Shown: positions 24,191 to 38,290, counted from the stretch's first letter. The stretch is 64,000 nt of DNA from Leucoraja erinacea (GCF_028641065.1 NC_073395.1:34100001-34164000); one strand, 5' to 3'. Made by a program: numbers and translations. The notes: generated from the sequence alone by a model not told the origin.

Positions 24191-27100
24191 TCTTTTATAT
24201 CTATAAAACTCTGGGGCTATCCGTACGACTGCCGTCCTGATCCCTTTCTGCCTTTTGATTCGTGCCCGATACTCGCAGATGTCCAATCGGAATGGCCGAT
24301 GCTCGCAGATGTCCAATCGGAATGGATCAATTTGGATGTACGGCTGCCGGCTGCATTTCTTCCTTTGATTCATTGCCACGCCCAATCCAGACGCTCAATC
24401 TCCGAGATCTTTTCCATTTCGGTAGAAATTTCGCTTTTCTTTCTAAGTATCGCTCCTCATTACATTTCGTCGTGTTGAAGTACACGTTTTTAATCAAATC
24501 CTTCTCCACCCCACCCCCCACCCCCAAGTATTTCAAAAATAGAAACATAGAAACATAGAAATTAGGTGCAGGAGTAGGCCATTCGGCCCTTCGAGCCTGC
24601 ACCGCCATTCAATATGATCATGGCTGATCATCCAACTCAGTATCCCGTACCTGCCTTCTCTCCATACCCCCTGATCCCCTTAGCCACAAGGGCCACATCT
24701 AACTCCCTCTTAAATATAGCCAATGAACTGGCCTCAACTACCCTCTGTGGCAGAGAGTTCCAGAGATTCACCACTCTCTGCGTGAAAAAAGTTCTTCTCA
24801 TCTCGGTTTTAAAGGATTTCCCCTTTATCCTTAAGCTGTGACCCTTTGTCCTGGACTTCCCTAACATCGGGAACAATCTTCCTGCATCTAGCCTGTCCAA
24901 CCCCTTAAGAATTTTGTAAGTTTCTATAAGATCCCCTCTCAATCTCCTAAATTCTAGAGAGTATAAACCAAGTCTATCCAGTCTTTCTTCATAAGACAGT
25001 CCTGACATCCCAGGAATCAGTCTGGTGAACCTTCTCTGCACTCCCTCTATGGCAATAATGTCCTTCCTCAGATTTGGAGACCAAAACTGCACGCAATACT
25101 CCAGGTGTGGTCTCACCAAGACCCTGTACAACTGCAGTAGAACCTCCCTGCTCCTGTACTCAAATCCTCTTGCTATGAAAGCCAACATACCATTTGCTTT
25201 CTTTACTGCCTGCTGCACCTGCATGCCTACCTTCAATGACTGGTGTACCATGACACCCAGGTCTCACTGTATCTCCCCCTTTCCCAATCGGCCACCATTT
25301 AGATAATGATCTGCTTTCCCGTTTTTGCCACCAAAATGGATAACCTCACATTTATCCACATTATACTGCATCTGCCAAACATTTGCCCACTCACCCAGCC
25401 TATCCAAGTCACCTTGCAGTCTCCTAGCATCCTCCTCACACCTAACACTGCCCCCCAGCTTAGTGTCATCCGCAAACTTGGAGATATTGCCTTCAATTCC
25501 CTCATCCAGATCATTAATATATATTGTAAATAGCTGGGGTCCCAGTACTGAGCCTTGCGGTACCCCACTAGTCACTGCCTGCCATTGTGAAAAGGACCCG
25601 TTTACTCCTACTCTTTGCTTCCTGTTTGCCAGCCAGTTCTCTATCCACATTAATACTGAACCCCCAATGCCATGTGCTTTAAGTTTGTATACTAATCTCT
25701 TATGTGGGACCTTGTCGAAAGCCTTCTGGAAGTCCAGATACACCACATCCACTGGTTCTCCCCTATCCACGCTACTAGTTACATCCTCGAAAAATTCTAT
25801 AAGATTCGTCAGACATGATTTACCTTTCGTAAATCCATGCTGACTTTGTCCAATGATTTCACCACTTTCCAAATGTGCTGCTATCCCATCTTTAATAACT
25901 GACTCTAGCAGTTTCCCCACTACTGATGTTAGACTAACTGGTCTGTAATTCCCCATTTTCTCTCTCCCTCCCTTCTTAAAAAGTGGGGTTACGTTTGCTA
26001 CCCGCCAATCTTCAGGAACTACTCCAGAATCTAAAGAGTTTTGAAAGATTATTACTAATGCATCCACTATTTCTGGAGCTACTTCCTTAAGTACTCTGGG
26101 ATGCAGCCTATCTGGCCCTGGGGATTTATCGGCCTTTAATCCATTCAATTTACCCAACACCACTTCCCGGCTAACCTGGATTTCACTCAATTCCTCCAAC
26201 TCCTTTGACCCGTGGTCCCCTGCTATTTCCGGCAATTTATTTATGTCTTCCTTAGTGAAGACGGAACCAAAGTAGTTATTCAATTGGTCCGCCATATCCT
26301 TGTTCCCCATGATCAACTCACCTGTTTCTGACTGCAAGGGACCTACATTTGTTTTAACTAATCTCTTTCTTTTCACATATCTATAAAAACTTTTGCAGTC
26401 AGTTTTTATGTTCCCTGCCAGTTTTCTTTCATAATCTATTTTTCCTTTCCTAATTAAGCCCTTTGTCCTCCTCTGCTGGTCTTTGAATTTCTCCCAGTCC
26501 TCCGGTATGCTGCTTTTTCTGGCTAATTTGTACGCATCATCCTTCGCTTTGATACTATCCCTGATTTCCCTTGTTATCCGTGGATGTACTACCTTCCCTG
26601 ATTTATTCTTTTGCCAAACTGGGATGAACAATTTTTGTAGTTCATCCATGCAGTCTTTAAATGTCTTCCATTGCATATCCACCGTCAACCCTTTTAGAAT
26701 TAATTGCCAGTCAATCTTGGCCAATTCACGTCTCATACCCTCAAAGTTACCTTTCTTTAAGTTCAGAACCATTGTTTCTGAATTAACAATGTCACTCTCC
26801 ATCCTAATGAAGAACTCAACCAAATTATGGTCACTCTTGCCCAAGGGGGCACGTACAACAAGACTGCTAACTAACCCTTCCTCATTACTCAATAACCCTT
26901 CCTCATTACTCAATAACCCTTCCTCATTACTCAATAACCCTTCCTCATTATTCAATAAATAAACTGGCTTCTCCATTTACATGTCAGCTTCCAACACACT
27001 TCGAAACAAAGTTGCAAGACAGGAACACTCTGAACTTTTCACTGCTGCAGCAGGCAGGGGTGGTGCCATTTGATTGTTTTTTAATCCACTGCTGAGGGAG

Positions 27101-27233
27101 GCAGGGCAGTGCTGGAATCTTACTTTTGAGAACGGCTTCAGTTCCATTGGAGGAGACGGGTGCATGGTGGAATATTGGGTTGGGGGATCACACCATTGGG
27201 GGAGCAGACCCAACGGGTCTGCACTTGGTCTAG
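24191..27233 (+). mobile_element. Non-autonomous Helitron A (inner), split by a CR1 insertion
   Basis: A|TCTTTTATATCTATAAAACT head; same hairpin and CTAG|T end at 27204-27233; 30-bp internal duplication at about 24266-24325. Confidence 0.8.
24539..26956 (-). mobile_element. Young 5'-truncated CR1 LINE (RT domain)
   Basis: ORFs 26976-25264 and 25251-24637 are in frame, separated by one TGA (likely CGA>TGA); motifs KSPGPD, YLDFQKAFD, PQGSVLGP, FADD; (TTTCTATG)n tail. Confidence 0.93.
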
Positions 27234-27917
27234 TATATATATAAAACTGTGTGGCTGCCGGCTGGCTGTGTGTGTTTCTGCCTGACTTATGGCTGCCAGC
27301 CTTTGATTCGTTGCTACGCCAACACCTGACCCAGAAACACCCTGATTTTTTCCATTTCGGTAGAGATTTCACTTTTCATTCCAAGTATCCACTCCTCATT
27401 AAATTTTGTTGTGTTTATGTACACTTTTTTAAATCAAATCCTTCTCCCCCCCCACACTCATTTTGTCGCGTCTTGCCGGCCAGCGACCATAACGGCTGCT
27501 GGCACCCGCATCTCGCCTCAAAGACGCCATTTAAAAACAGCTGCACTGCTGATTCCTGGGCTGCTTGAGTTGGAGGACCACGTCTCCCGTGGGGGCTACG
27601 GGTAGGGAACGGCTGCGTTGGGGGAGCAGACCCAACGGGTCTGCACTTGGTCTAGTATAGTATAAAAAACAGGACCTTCCACCCACCAAGTCCACAGTAA
27701 CCATCAACCAACCATTACATCATTATTAGTGTTCACAAATCTCAGCAATAAGAGAGTAACCAATTTTCAAAACCCATAGGTCTCCTCAGAAAACAATATT
27801 CAGGTAAGATCTAATCTTAGATCTATTACAGTATAATCTTATAAGTTGATTGGAGGTGATTGATTCTTCCATACTTATTGTTACCAACACTCAGTATTAA
27901 CCAAACAGAGAATTTGG

Positions 27918-28221
27918 TTAGTTTTAGTTTAGTTTTAGAGATACAGTACAGAACCAGGCCCTTTGGCCACCGAGTCCACACGACCAGCGATCCCCGCACA
28001 TTAACACCACCCTACATACACAGGGACAATTTTACGTTTGTACCAAGCCAATTAACCTACAAACCTGTACGTCCTTGGGGTGTGAGAGGAAACCGAAGAT
28101 CTGGGAGAAAGCCCACGCAGCAACAGGGAGAACGTATAAATTCCGTACAGACAGCACCCTTGGTCAGTCAAACCAGGGTGGCTGTGAGGCAGCAACTCTA
28201 CCACTACGCCACAGTGCCACC
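27918..28221 (-). mobile_element. tRNA-derived SINE
   Basis: Same family as 14440-14760; (AAACT)n tail. Confidence 0.8.
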
Positions 28222-28302
28222 CTTTATTCTTAAAAAGACTGCCAAAGTTAAAAGTTGCTAAAGGAAGTAACATGGTGGAAATAGAATCAACGTTTTCCTT
28301 AC

Positions 28303-28488
28303 CTTGATTTCCGTAGCTGGTGTCTATGCCTGATCCATCCCAGGATTCCACTGCACTATCCACACTGGGTATCGTTGCTGAATACATCTCACAAAGCTTG
28401 ACTGCCTTTTGTCCAGTAGAAATGTCATCTTCTGCATCGCTCAATTCACTCATCCGGCCTGATACAGATGACTTTTTAGGACTCGACT
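28303..28488 (-). CDS. GRIP1: GRIP1 exon (after PDZ6)
   Basis: gcacag|AGTCGA...ATCAAG|gtaagg; [21 protein letters not shown]...[24 protein letters not shown]; 186 nt, phase 1-1. Confidence 0.92.
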
Positions 28489-28574
28489 CTGTGCAAAAAG
28501 ACCACCAAACATTTTATCTGGAAATCCGACAACCAAAGTTCTAGTCTGTATTGAGAAACATCGTCAAACTATCA

Positions 28575-28882
28575 AGGGCCTGTCCCACTTACGTGACTTT
28601 CTCGGCGACTTGCCGACACCCGTCATAGGTCGTTACAGATCGCCGAAAATTTTCAACGTGTTGAAGATCCAACGGCGACCAGAACAAGGTACGACTCTTT
28701 GGGCGACTACTCGCCCCGCGACATGTGTCGCCAGGGTGTTGCCTGTATGGTCGTGAGTAGTCTCCTCAGTCACCCAAAGAGTCGTAGTATCTTTCTGGTC
28801 GCCGCTGAATTTTCAACATGTTGAACTTTTTTGGCAAGCTATGACGGGTCGCCGTAAAAGTCGCTTAAGTGGGACAGACCCT
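28575..28882. mobile_element. PIF/Harbinger-type MITE
   Basis: TIR AGGGCCTGTCCCACTTA; TSD TCA / TCA; largely palindromic. Confidence 0.85.
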
Positions 28883-29879
28883 TCACTCTCTGTAGTACCG
28901 GCTTTATGTTGCCTTTCTTGTCAAGCATCTATGCTTAAACCCAGAACCATAGTAACAATGCTTTTAATTCAGCTCAGTCATTTGGCTCAAAACCCAAAAT
29001 TGTGCCCAGGTTAAAACCATGACAACCTCATGTAGGCAAGGCTTCATTATCCTCACAAAATATTAACAGGTTTTACTGAAATGAGGTTATGGTTCATATT
29101 ACAATTGGAACAAAAACTGCAAATATTAAAAAATCCAAAATTAAATCATTGGTGAGAGAAACAGAGTTGACATTCTGATCCAACGACTCCTGAGAACTGG
29201 AAAAGTGGAAAAAAAGGATTTTCATTGATAGGGTGAGGGAACAGGGGCAAAGTCAATGACAAAATGCCGACCAAAGACTTCCAGGCAATTACTTTAAAAC
29301 TTTGGAAGTGGCATGGGTTTTCTCTCAGTGTTCTGGTATCCTCCTTCATCCAACAAGATATCAACCCTGGTAGGTTAATTGGCCACTATAATTTGGCCCA
29401 AATGTGTAGATTAGCAGAAGAATCTGTGAGGCGTTGATGGGAATGTGGGGAAAACAAAATTAAATTAGTATAGGATTAGTGTAAATGAGTTCTTGATCGG
29501 ACTCAACTGGTTAAAGGGCTTGTTTCCATGTTACGACACGAGTATAGAAAAATGAAACAAAACAGAAAGGCAGACCCACATCCATGGAGAGGAAGAAGCA
29601 GAGGGTTAATTGAACTTGTTCAACATTAAGTCCCAATGATTGTAACATACACAGATGGCAGGTGAGGAAATGCTCCTCAAGCTTCAATTGGGCATTGTTA
29701 GAACAATGCAAGAGGCAGGACAACGAGTGTGAAAGAGTGTGACAAAGAAGTGTGAAAACGCACACATCCAGATTCAGAATGCAGACAAAAATGCTGGAGA
29801 AACTGAGCAGGTGAGGCAGCATCTATGGAGCGAAGGAATAGGTGATGTTTCGGGTCGAGATCCTTCTTCAGATTTCTCC

Positions 29880-30160
29880 AGATTCAGGGACAGTTTCTAC
29901 GCAGCTTTGTTACAGGCAACTGAACCATCCCACCGCAACTAGAGGGCAGTCCTGAAATACCCCATTGGTGACCCTCGGACTATTTTTAATTGGACTTTAC
30001 TGGCTTTATCTTGCACTAAATGTTGTTCCCTTATCGTGTATCTGTGCACTGTGAACGGCTTAGTTGTAATCATGTATTGTCTTTCCGCTAAGTGGTTAGC
30101 ACGCAACAAAGACTTTTCATTGTACCTCGGAACACGTGACAATAAACAAAACTGCAACTG
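29880..30160 (+). mobile_element. Rex1/Babar-type LINE 3' tail
   Basis: ttttcattgtacctcgg..cacgtgacaataaac stem-loop tail; a related copy lies reversed at about 38172-38600. Confidence 0.6.
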
Positions 30161-30308
30161 AGGACAGAGTGAGTGTGGGGAAGAGAATTAAAATAACATG
30201 AGACTGGCAGCTCAGGGTCATTCCTTTAGATCAGGTATTCTGTACAAGCACAAGCATCAGCATCTATTTTGTCTAGGGACATTGCAGCCCTTTGGGAATA
30301 AAAGCTAA

Positions 30309-30693
30309 AGGGCCTGTCCCACGAGCATGCGACTGCATGCGGCAAGCGCGACCAAACCAGAAGCGGGGATCGCGCGGAGGTCGAGTGAGTGACGTGAAGT
30401 TCGCGCGTGACGTACGGCATCAAGACGCTGCATACGGCGTCAAGACGCTGCGTATGCCCGCCGAGGCGGTGCATACGGCCTCAATGCGGCTGCGGACCGG
30501 CAGGCCGTTGCCGCGCGGAATTTTTGAACACTATCAGTTTTCCGGAGCCCCGCGCGATGTCGGGACCAGCTCCACACAACTCCATACGGCTCCGGCGATC
30601 GAAGTGGGACCAGCCCCGCGAGGCTGTACGGCTCAAGCCACCACGTTAGGTCGCGCTTGCCGCATGCAATCGCATGCTCGTGGGACAGGCCCT
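30309..30693. mobile_element. PIF/Harbinger-type MITE (young, CpG-rich)
   Basis: About 45-bp near-perfect terminal inverted repeats; TSD TAA / TAA. Confidence 0.88.
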
Positions 30694-31015
30694 TAACCCA
30701 CTTTTTTTCACATCGCTCCATACAAAGGCTGTAACTTTCAATTTGTTTCATTTTCTCTTCTCTCTTCAATGACTGTTTCTTAAAGTAACTGCTACCTTGA
30801 CAACTTCAGCCTGCGCCCAATTGCCTCGTCTCGCCACCTCTCTCTGTAATTTAATGCTTGTAATTTAAAACCAACTTGTCATTTTCTACCCACTGATACT
30901 GTTTGAGCTGCTGTGTGTTTTTAGGGATTTCAGTTTTTGTTAATGGTACATGTAATGGCGGTTGATAATAAAAGCTCTGTATTATCAAATTTTCTGAACT
31001 TAAACAGCAGTTTCA

Positions 31016-31225
<210 letters not shown>

Positions 31226-32111
31226 TTAAAAAAAACTCAACAGTACAGAGCTGATGGAACATATGGCAGGGATGTTGTTTTAAACTTTACAAATGTATAT
31301 GGTGTTTTATAATCATCGTGTTTTTTCATGGCATGGAACATTAAATTATCAGTACTAGAATGACAATTAAATTCTATGTTAAGAAATACCTGAAGTGAAT
31401 TACATTCTACATGAAAAATGCACATCATTTTCGCAAGGCTTTGTGAATGAGGGGGTGGTGTCTTTCATATTTCAGTTGGGTTTCGTCTAACAAATTATTT
31501 CACCTCGATATTTAGAAATGTTCCTCATTAACTTCATGACTGTCATTTTCAAAACTTGCAAATCCTGCAATGAATAAAGATGCACATCTCCCATCCATTA
31601 AGCAGGTTTCTGTTTTCCTGTTAAATACTCATTAAAAATATATTGTCTGCAATGTATACAAACATCAAGGTGTGTGTAGGATCAGCAGCATTCACGTTTC
31701 CATACACTACTCGTAGCTTAATGAGCAACGACATAAAGGTTGGTGATCCTTATAAATGCATTTTACATATCGATGCGAGTCATGGGTAATGCAGAGGGAG
31801 GTGTCCTCTCAAACTCACACAGTATGGATACAGTTACTCAGAACATGTTCTAGTGTTACATGTTAAAATTCAGTTGTCTAGTGACTCATTTAACTTCTTC
31901 CATTGTCATGCAGTAACTAACCGGCCAGGAGCTGTTAGCAAGTACTGCCAAGCAAAGATACTAGAGCGGACTATCTTTGCTGCCAAGGAGAACGAGCCAT
32001 CATTTTCTTGTTTGTCCCAGTAAATCCTCAAACAAGTGCCTCTGGCTTGGCTGAGGCCATGGACCTGGGGAACAGTCTACTATTTGGAGGGTGAATAGAT
32101 TCTGCATCTCA

Positions 32112-32372
<261 letters not shown>

Positions 32373-34605
32373 TCAGTTTTCTAATCTGTTAACAATTTCA
32401 CATCATAAAAAGTTTTGCACTGTTTCCTTAACGTATTATTAACACAACTACACAATGCTCAGCTGGGCACGGGCAAAGGGATTGAGAAGGGCAGTGGGAA
32501 TACATGGCACTTTGTGGTTTTAGATTGTTTCCCTTATTTCATGTCCTCTCCTGACAAAAGACCATCAGCATAACTATCGATAACTCTGTTGTTTTCTAAA
32601 CAGGCAATTAACACAGAAAGGGATGAATTGAAAGTCCAAAAACAGCAGAAGCTGCAAATCTGAAGTGACAATAGAAGACATTTGAAATACACAGGTGGTC
32701 AGACAGCATCCATGGACAATGCAACAGCACAATCATTTCAGGCTGATGTCCTTTTAATCAAAACCGAGAAAAGTTAGAAAATGACATACTTTCATTGATG
32801 TAACTGTGGAAGGGAGTTCTGGCCAACACCCTATCAAACACCAGAAGAGAAATAAAAACCAATAACATCAAAGTAAAGCAATAAAATGCAAATACTGGAA
32901 AACTGAAATAAAAGCAAAAAGTGACTCTCTCTCCACAAATCCTGCCCAATCTGCTGAGTAATTCCAGCATTTGAAGTTATTATTTCAGAAAGATCGGAAC
33001 TTGGTGCTAATGAAACTCGTGCAACCAAGTTCAAACCAAGACTCTCGAGGAATAACAAACAATTGAGACTGCCATTCGGAAGCAAAGGCTGGCAGCTCTC
33101 ATGGAATCAGACTGGGTATGATGAATATTTATTTAGACTGAACTTAGGTGTTTATTCTGTTAATTGTTTTAAGCCACAGAATCACAAAATGGTCACAGTA
33201 TGGAAGGAGTCTGTTCAGAATCAGTGCAAGACCAATCCCGCTGAACCCACTCCCTTGTCCTCTCCACACAGACTGCAAATTCTTTCCTTTCATATATTTA
33301 GCTAGTTCATTTCAGCAGCACATTTGAATCTGCCCTACATGCGACCCAGACACTGGCACAGCAATTATTTACCTTTATTATTTCATGCCTACTTGAAACA
33401 ACCATGAAGTGAATTCATTAATATGGAGCATTTATAAACAGCCAAACCCTTTTTCTACAAACTTTCCAGTTGTCCCTCACTGTGGCCATTGCGATTCTAT
33501 GCCCAGTTAACAGGACACACACTGTAATGAAACTAAACTGCAGTGACCACAATTATCTCACCTCACTGCTCCCTTCTAATGGTCCTGTTATCTCAGTTTC
33601 ATCCTGTACATGCCCAGTATTTGCAACTTTGCTGCACTGCACTCCTGCGCAAAGCTCTATTTTTTAAAAAAACATTCCAAATGGCATTGAGATGGGACTC
33701 ATTGAGATTAAATGATCAAGATGCAATGGAAATAAATTGGTTCCCTCCCACAGCTGCAATCTCCAACAACCAACATTTGTCCCACCACCCGCTGATGAGG
33801 AGCTGTGGATGTGGATGTGGTCAGGAATGGAGTGGGTACCAGGCCTTGCTTTCAGACATTCACACACAGTGCACACCCCCTTTTGAAATCAGTCAAACTC
33901 TGTCCATTTTAACAATCCAGCAGCAAATGAAACAGATCTCTTTGAAATGTAAATGAGCAGAAGCCACCAACAGGTAGAATTTATAATTTTGGTAAAACAA
34001 TGCAGATATGACTTTAGCTCATTATAATGCATTGTAAAGGAATAATTAGACCTCAATTATTTTTACATTACTGAATAACGTACCACAGAAATGATTGTGA
34101 CACAAAATTATGCAGCATTGGCAACAAATTATAGACTGCTTCTTCAAAGGCACTTTGATGAATGAGTAAGTGTCATGGTGTGTTTCTGTGCTTGCTCGGT
34201 GACGATGACTCAGAAGGGATCTGCTCTGGAGCACTAATGTATAATTAAGATGTCAAAAACCAACACAACAAATTGTTCGTTTTATGTTCTGGTAAATGAG
34301 ATTTACAATCATCTTCTGGCTGTTGTGCTTTGAGCAAGCAACTTATTGCATGCGGGAAACTCCCTCCAGTGAATCGGTTAAACCATTTAATACTACATTT
34401 CAGCACCAAAACAATAGATAAATAATATAGGGAAACAATTGAAGTATTCACCTCATCCTCATTTGGCACAAGCCTAACCCTTTTGTAATAATACATCACA
34501 TGCCCCTATTTGCCCGTCTTCATCGTGTGATCAAGTACCCACTTTATTGCTTTTATTTTTACACATACACTTCCAGATATTTTAGCATTTTGCCAGATTG
34601 CACAA

Positions 34606-34922
34606 TTTAGTTTTTAGTTTAGAGATACAGCGCGGAAACAGACCCATTGGCCCATCGACCAGCGATCCCCGCACATTAACACTATCCTACACATACTAGG
34701 GATAATTTACACTTATACCAAGTATACAAATAAATTAACCTACAACCAGTATGTATTTGGAGTGTGGGAGGAAACTGAAGGTCTCGGAGAAAACCCACGG
34801 GGTCACGGGGAGAACGTACAAACCCTGTACAGAGAAACACCCGTAGTCAGGATCGATCCCCCGTTTCTGGCGCTACAAGCGCTGTAAGGCAGCAACTCTA
34901 CCGCTGCACCACTGTGCTGCCC
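34606..34922 (-). mobile_element. tRNA-derived SINE
   Basis: Same family; head gggcagcacagtggtgcagcggtag; (AAACT)n tail. Confidence 0.8.
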
Positions 34923-35822
34923 ATTTGCTTGGGTTAATTTTTCACATTCTGAAAAGCCTCAGCAGATTACTTTAAAATCCACTCTCTAAAGCAAGCAAAA
35001 ATAAGAGCACCCTCCTTAAATTTTCCTTCATCTACATACCTCAAATAACCTAGCTATTCACTTGAATATATTTATAACAAGTAGTTTCATTTTTGCTCCT
35101 TTTTGATATTTTTGTAAATGTTAAACTGAGTTTTACAACGATTAAAAAACAATATATACTGTATATTCCATCAGCATTATTCTTGAAATCCTGCTCAACC
35201 TCTTTCCTATGGTCCAGGGCACTACAGGGATATCGTTTAGAATGCCGATATTAAGAAAGTATAAAACTATATTGTGTGATAAAGCTCCTATTAAGCTCCT
35301 GTAAAGCTTTTATTATACTGCTTCTACATTACACGGGCATAACAAATGGGCAAAGAAGAAAATGAATCATGAACATCGCTTAAGCCCAGAGTTATTACAC
35401 AAACAGTTATTTAATCTTAACCTTGTTACTGTGGAGAAAGATGTGGCCTCTATTTGCATAATTAGAAGGAACTTCATGTTTCAGCATGGATTCAGTGCCT
35501 CATGCTATGGAGTGTCTAAAGTGATAGTATAGGGCAAATTTATTCGTTAGTAATGGAATTAAGTCGCTTAAAATATGAAAGTTAATAATGATTATTCGGC
35601 CAAACTTAAGGTGTTCTTCCCCTCAGTTACTTCAATGAGAAAACTGCCTGATTTCCGTTACCTGCATTCAACATTTCAGATTCGGGAACAGTTGCTGCAG
35701 ATTAGGAGAAAGCAAACATTATCCTACAGCAAAGGAAGGAATAAATGGGAAGGGAAACAGCAAAGCATCAGCCAGTTAGCTTGTCAAGAATAGGAGGGGA
35801 AAATGCTGGAATTGATTAGTAA

Positions 35823-36404
35823 AGGGTCTGTTCCACTTGGGCGTCATTTGCGCACCATTTACACGACATCTTAAAAATTTGTCATCGCGTGGTGAGACGT
35901 GGTGGCGTATGCAGTGACGCGCGGTAACGCGTGGCGCCCCAGGATTTTGTGAGGCTCAAAATCCTCACACTCCACCTGCGTGACGTATCCCTTGCGCACG
36001 CTGACGTACTGACGGCATACGTGTAGCGCGTGGTGACACATGGTGACGCACGAACATTGCCTATGCTAATTTATTATGCGTCACCGTGCATCACCATCCG
36101 TAACCGTGCGCGCCCGTATGCGGTCGGCGCGCCATTTGCACGTCATTTGAGCGCCGCACCACGTGACCACCCGATTATAAAGAGCGCGTGGTTTTTCACC
36201 ATAGTATCTTTGATTTTCACTGGGAAAATCCTTGCCACGGAGATCGGGCTAAGTACGAACGACATCGCAAATGGTTCTCAAAAGAAACGGGGCCCTCAAG
36301 AGCACTTGGCGTGTGACTGTCGCACTGCTAGACAATTTTCGCGCGACAGTCGAGCGCCTGTTGCGTAAATGACCCGCAAATGACGCCCAAGTGGAATAGG
36401 CCCT
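35823..36404. mobile_element. PIF/Harbinger-type MITE
   Basis: TIR agggtctgttccacttgggcgtcatttgcg / cgcaaatgacgcccaagtggaataggccct; flanks TAA / TGA. Confidence 0.82.
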
Positions 36405-36754
36405 TGAGCAAGTTGGCCACTTAAAAAACTAACAGAATTGGGCAGAGCCAATTTAGATTTGCGAAAGAGAAATAAGATCTGACAAATTTGTGTATGTGAG
36501 CTGTAACCATCAGAATAAGCAGAGGGGAACTAGCAGGCGTGATCTATTCAGAATTACAGAGGTTTTCAGATACACTAATTGATATTAAACAACATTGGGG
36601 AACGTGGTATTGGGAGTAATGCAGCCGCCTGGGTTAAGGATCTTTTCACAGACAAATAAGGGTGTAGGAAAACGTCATTTTAGGATTGGGAGCCAGCAAC
36701 TAATGGGAACAAGATGCGAGGGAGACATATTATTGATTTGGATGAAGAGATTGG

Positions 36755-37450
36755 TCGGCATGGTGGTAGAGTTGTTGCTTTACAGCGCCAGAGACCCGGG
36801 TTCGATCCTGACTATGGGTGCTGTCTGTACGGAGTTTGTACATTCTCCCTTTGACCACATGGGTTTTCTCCGAATTCTTTGGTTTCCTCCCACACTCCAA
36901 AGGCGTACAGTCCCCTTGTCTTCAATTGGTCAAAGCATTGAATATAAAAGTTGAAAAGCCATGTTTCAACTGTATTAGATTTTGATTGGGACACATTTGG
37001 AGCATTGTGTACAATTTTGGTCACCTCATAGGAAGGATATGAAAGCTTTGGAACAGGTGCCAAATAGGTTCACCAGAATGTTGCCTGGGTTAGAGTATTA
37101 GCTGTGAGGAAAGGTTGGACAAACTTGATTATATTCTCCGGAGCACCAGAGGCCGAGAGCTGACTAGATAGAAGTATGTAAATTATGAGAGGCATAGATA
37201 GGATATATCATCAGAGTCTTTCTCCTCAAGGCGAGGAAATCTCAAGTACCGGAGAGCATAGAGGTTAGAGTTAGAGGGGGGAAATTGAAATGATATTTGC
37301 AAGGCGTTTATGTTTCATAATTTGGTATGTGCCTGGAACAAGCTGCCGGGGGAGGTGCTGGAAACAGGAGCAATGGCAACATTTAGGCAGGCACATGGAC
37401 TGGCAAGGGATGGAGCAATATAAACCATGTGCAGGCAGATGGGATTAGTT
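36755..37450 (+). mobile_element. SINE head (36755-36910) adjoining an old CR1 3' fragment
   Basis: GGTTCGATCC B box; degenerate CR1 RT and 3' end. Confidence 0.65.
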
Positions 37451-37565
37451 TAAATCACTATCACAATCGGCACAGATCTTGTGGTCTCCAAAGTTCTAAA
37501 TCTTAGGAATGAGACACAGGTGTAATGTTTGCCAAACAAAAATATGTCTGCCTGTTCCTTTCTAC

Positions 37566-37711
37566 CTGAGTTGTCCTCGTCTTTACGTATCTTGAGTTTC
37601 ACAAGTTCCTCGCACTGATGAAGGATTTGAACCGCGTCTTCCATGGAGCAGTTATCCAAGCGAATGCTGTCTATGGCGAGCAGCTTGTCTCCCAGTTCTA
37701 AAGTTCCAGTT
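37566..37711 (-). CDS. GRIP1: GRIP1 exon (PDZ5 second half)
   Basis: aacag|AACTGG...ACTCAG|gtagaa; [48 protein letters not shown]; 146 nt. Confidence 0.95.
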
Positions 37712-38257
37712 CTGTTTAGAAATATATATCATGGTTACAGAGGTGTCAATAGTCATGGTAATAGTCTTAGTGGGCAAAGGGAAATCACCATCAATGCTGG
37801 AAATCTAACTTAAAAACAACCAATCCTGCAGAGGTCAGGCAGCAGCTATTGGGAAAGTTTAGGTCGATCACATCTCATTGAGACTGGAATACGATGCAGG
37901 ATGGCATGGACAAGAGGGAAGAAGTGCATAAATATTAAGATGTATGGTGGAAAAAGAAAGTTCTGGAAATATATATTTTTTGTAGTATTGGTGAAAGATT
38001 GTGAATCTGAAACGTTATTTGTTTCTCCCTCCACAAATGTTGCCTGACATTTTCAGCATTTTTTGATTTTATTTCAGATTTTCAGCATTCACATTATTCT
38101 GCTATTGTACAATGGAAGGCAGGAGATATTAAGCGACAAAAGCAGCTAGCTGTGGTAGCTTCCACTTCAGTGTCAGTTTAGTTTATTGTCACGTGTACCG
38201 AGGTACAGTGAAAAGCTTTCTTTGCCACGTGCGAACCAGCCAGCGGAAAGCCAACAC

Positions 38258-38289
<32 letters not shown>
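38258..38289. repeat. (AAT)n microsatellite, tail of a minus-strand LINE 3' end
   Basis: About 10 AAT units adjoining gcattttatttatggacactcaaggacaccttac. Confidence 0.8.

Positions 38290-38290
<1 letters not shown>

Larger units (their letters stand above)
24187..27655 (+). mobile_element. Non-autonomous Helitron B (outer; 24187-24190 plus 27234-27655)
   Basis: A|TCTA...TATATATATAAAACT head; 3' hairpin GCAGACCC-AAC-GGGTCTGC followed by ACTTGGTCTAG|T. Confidence 0.75.
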
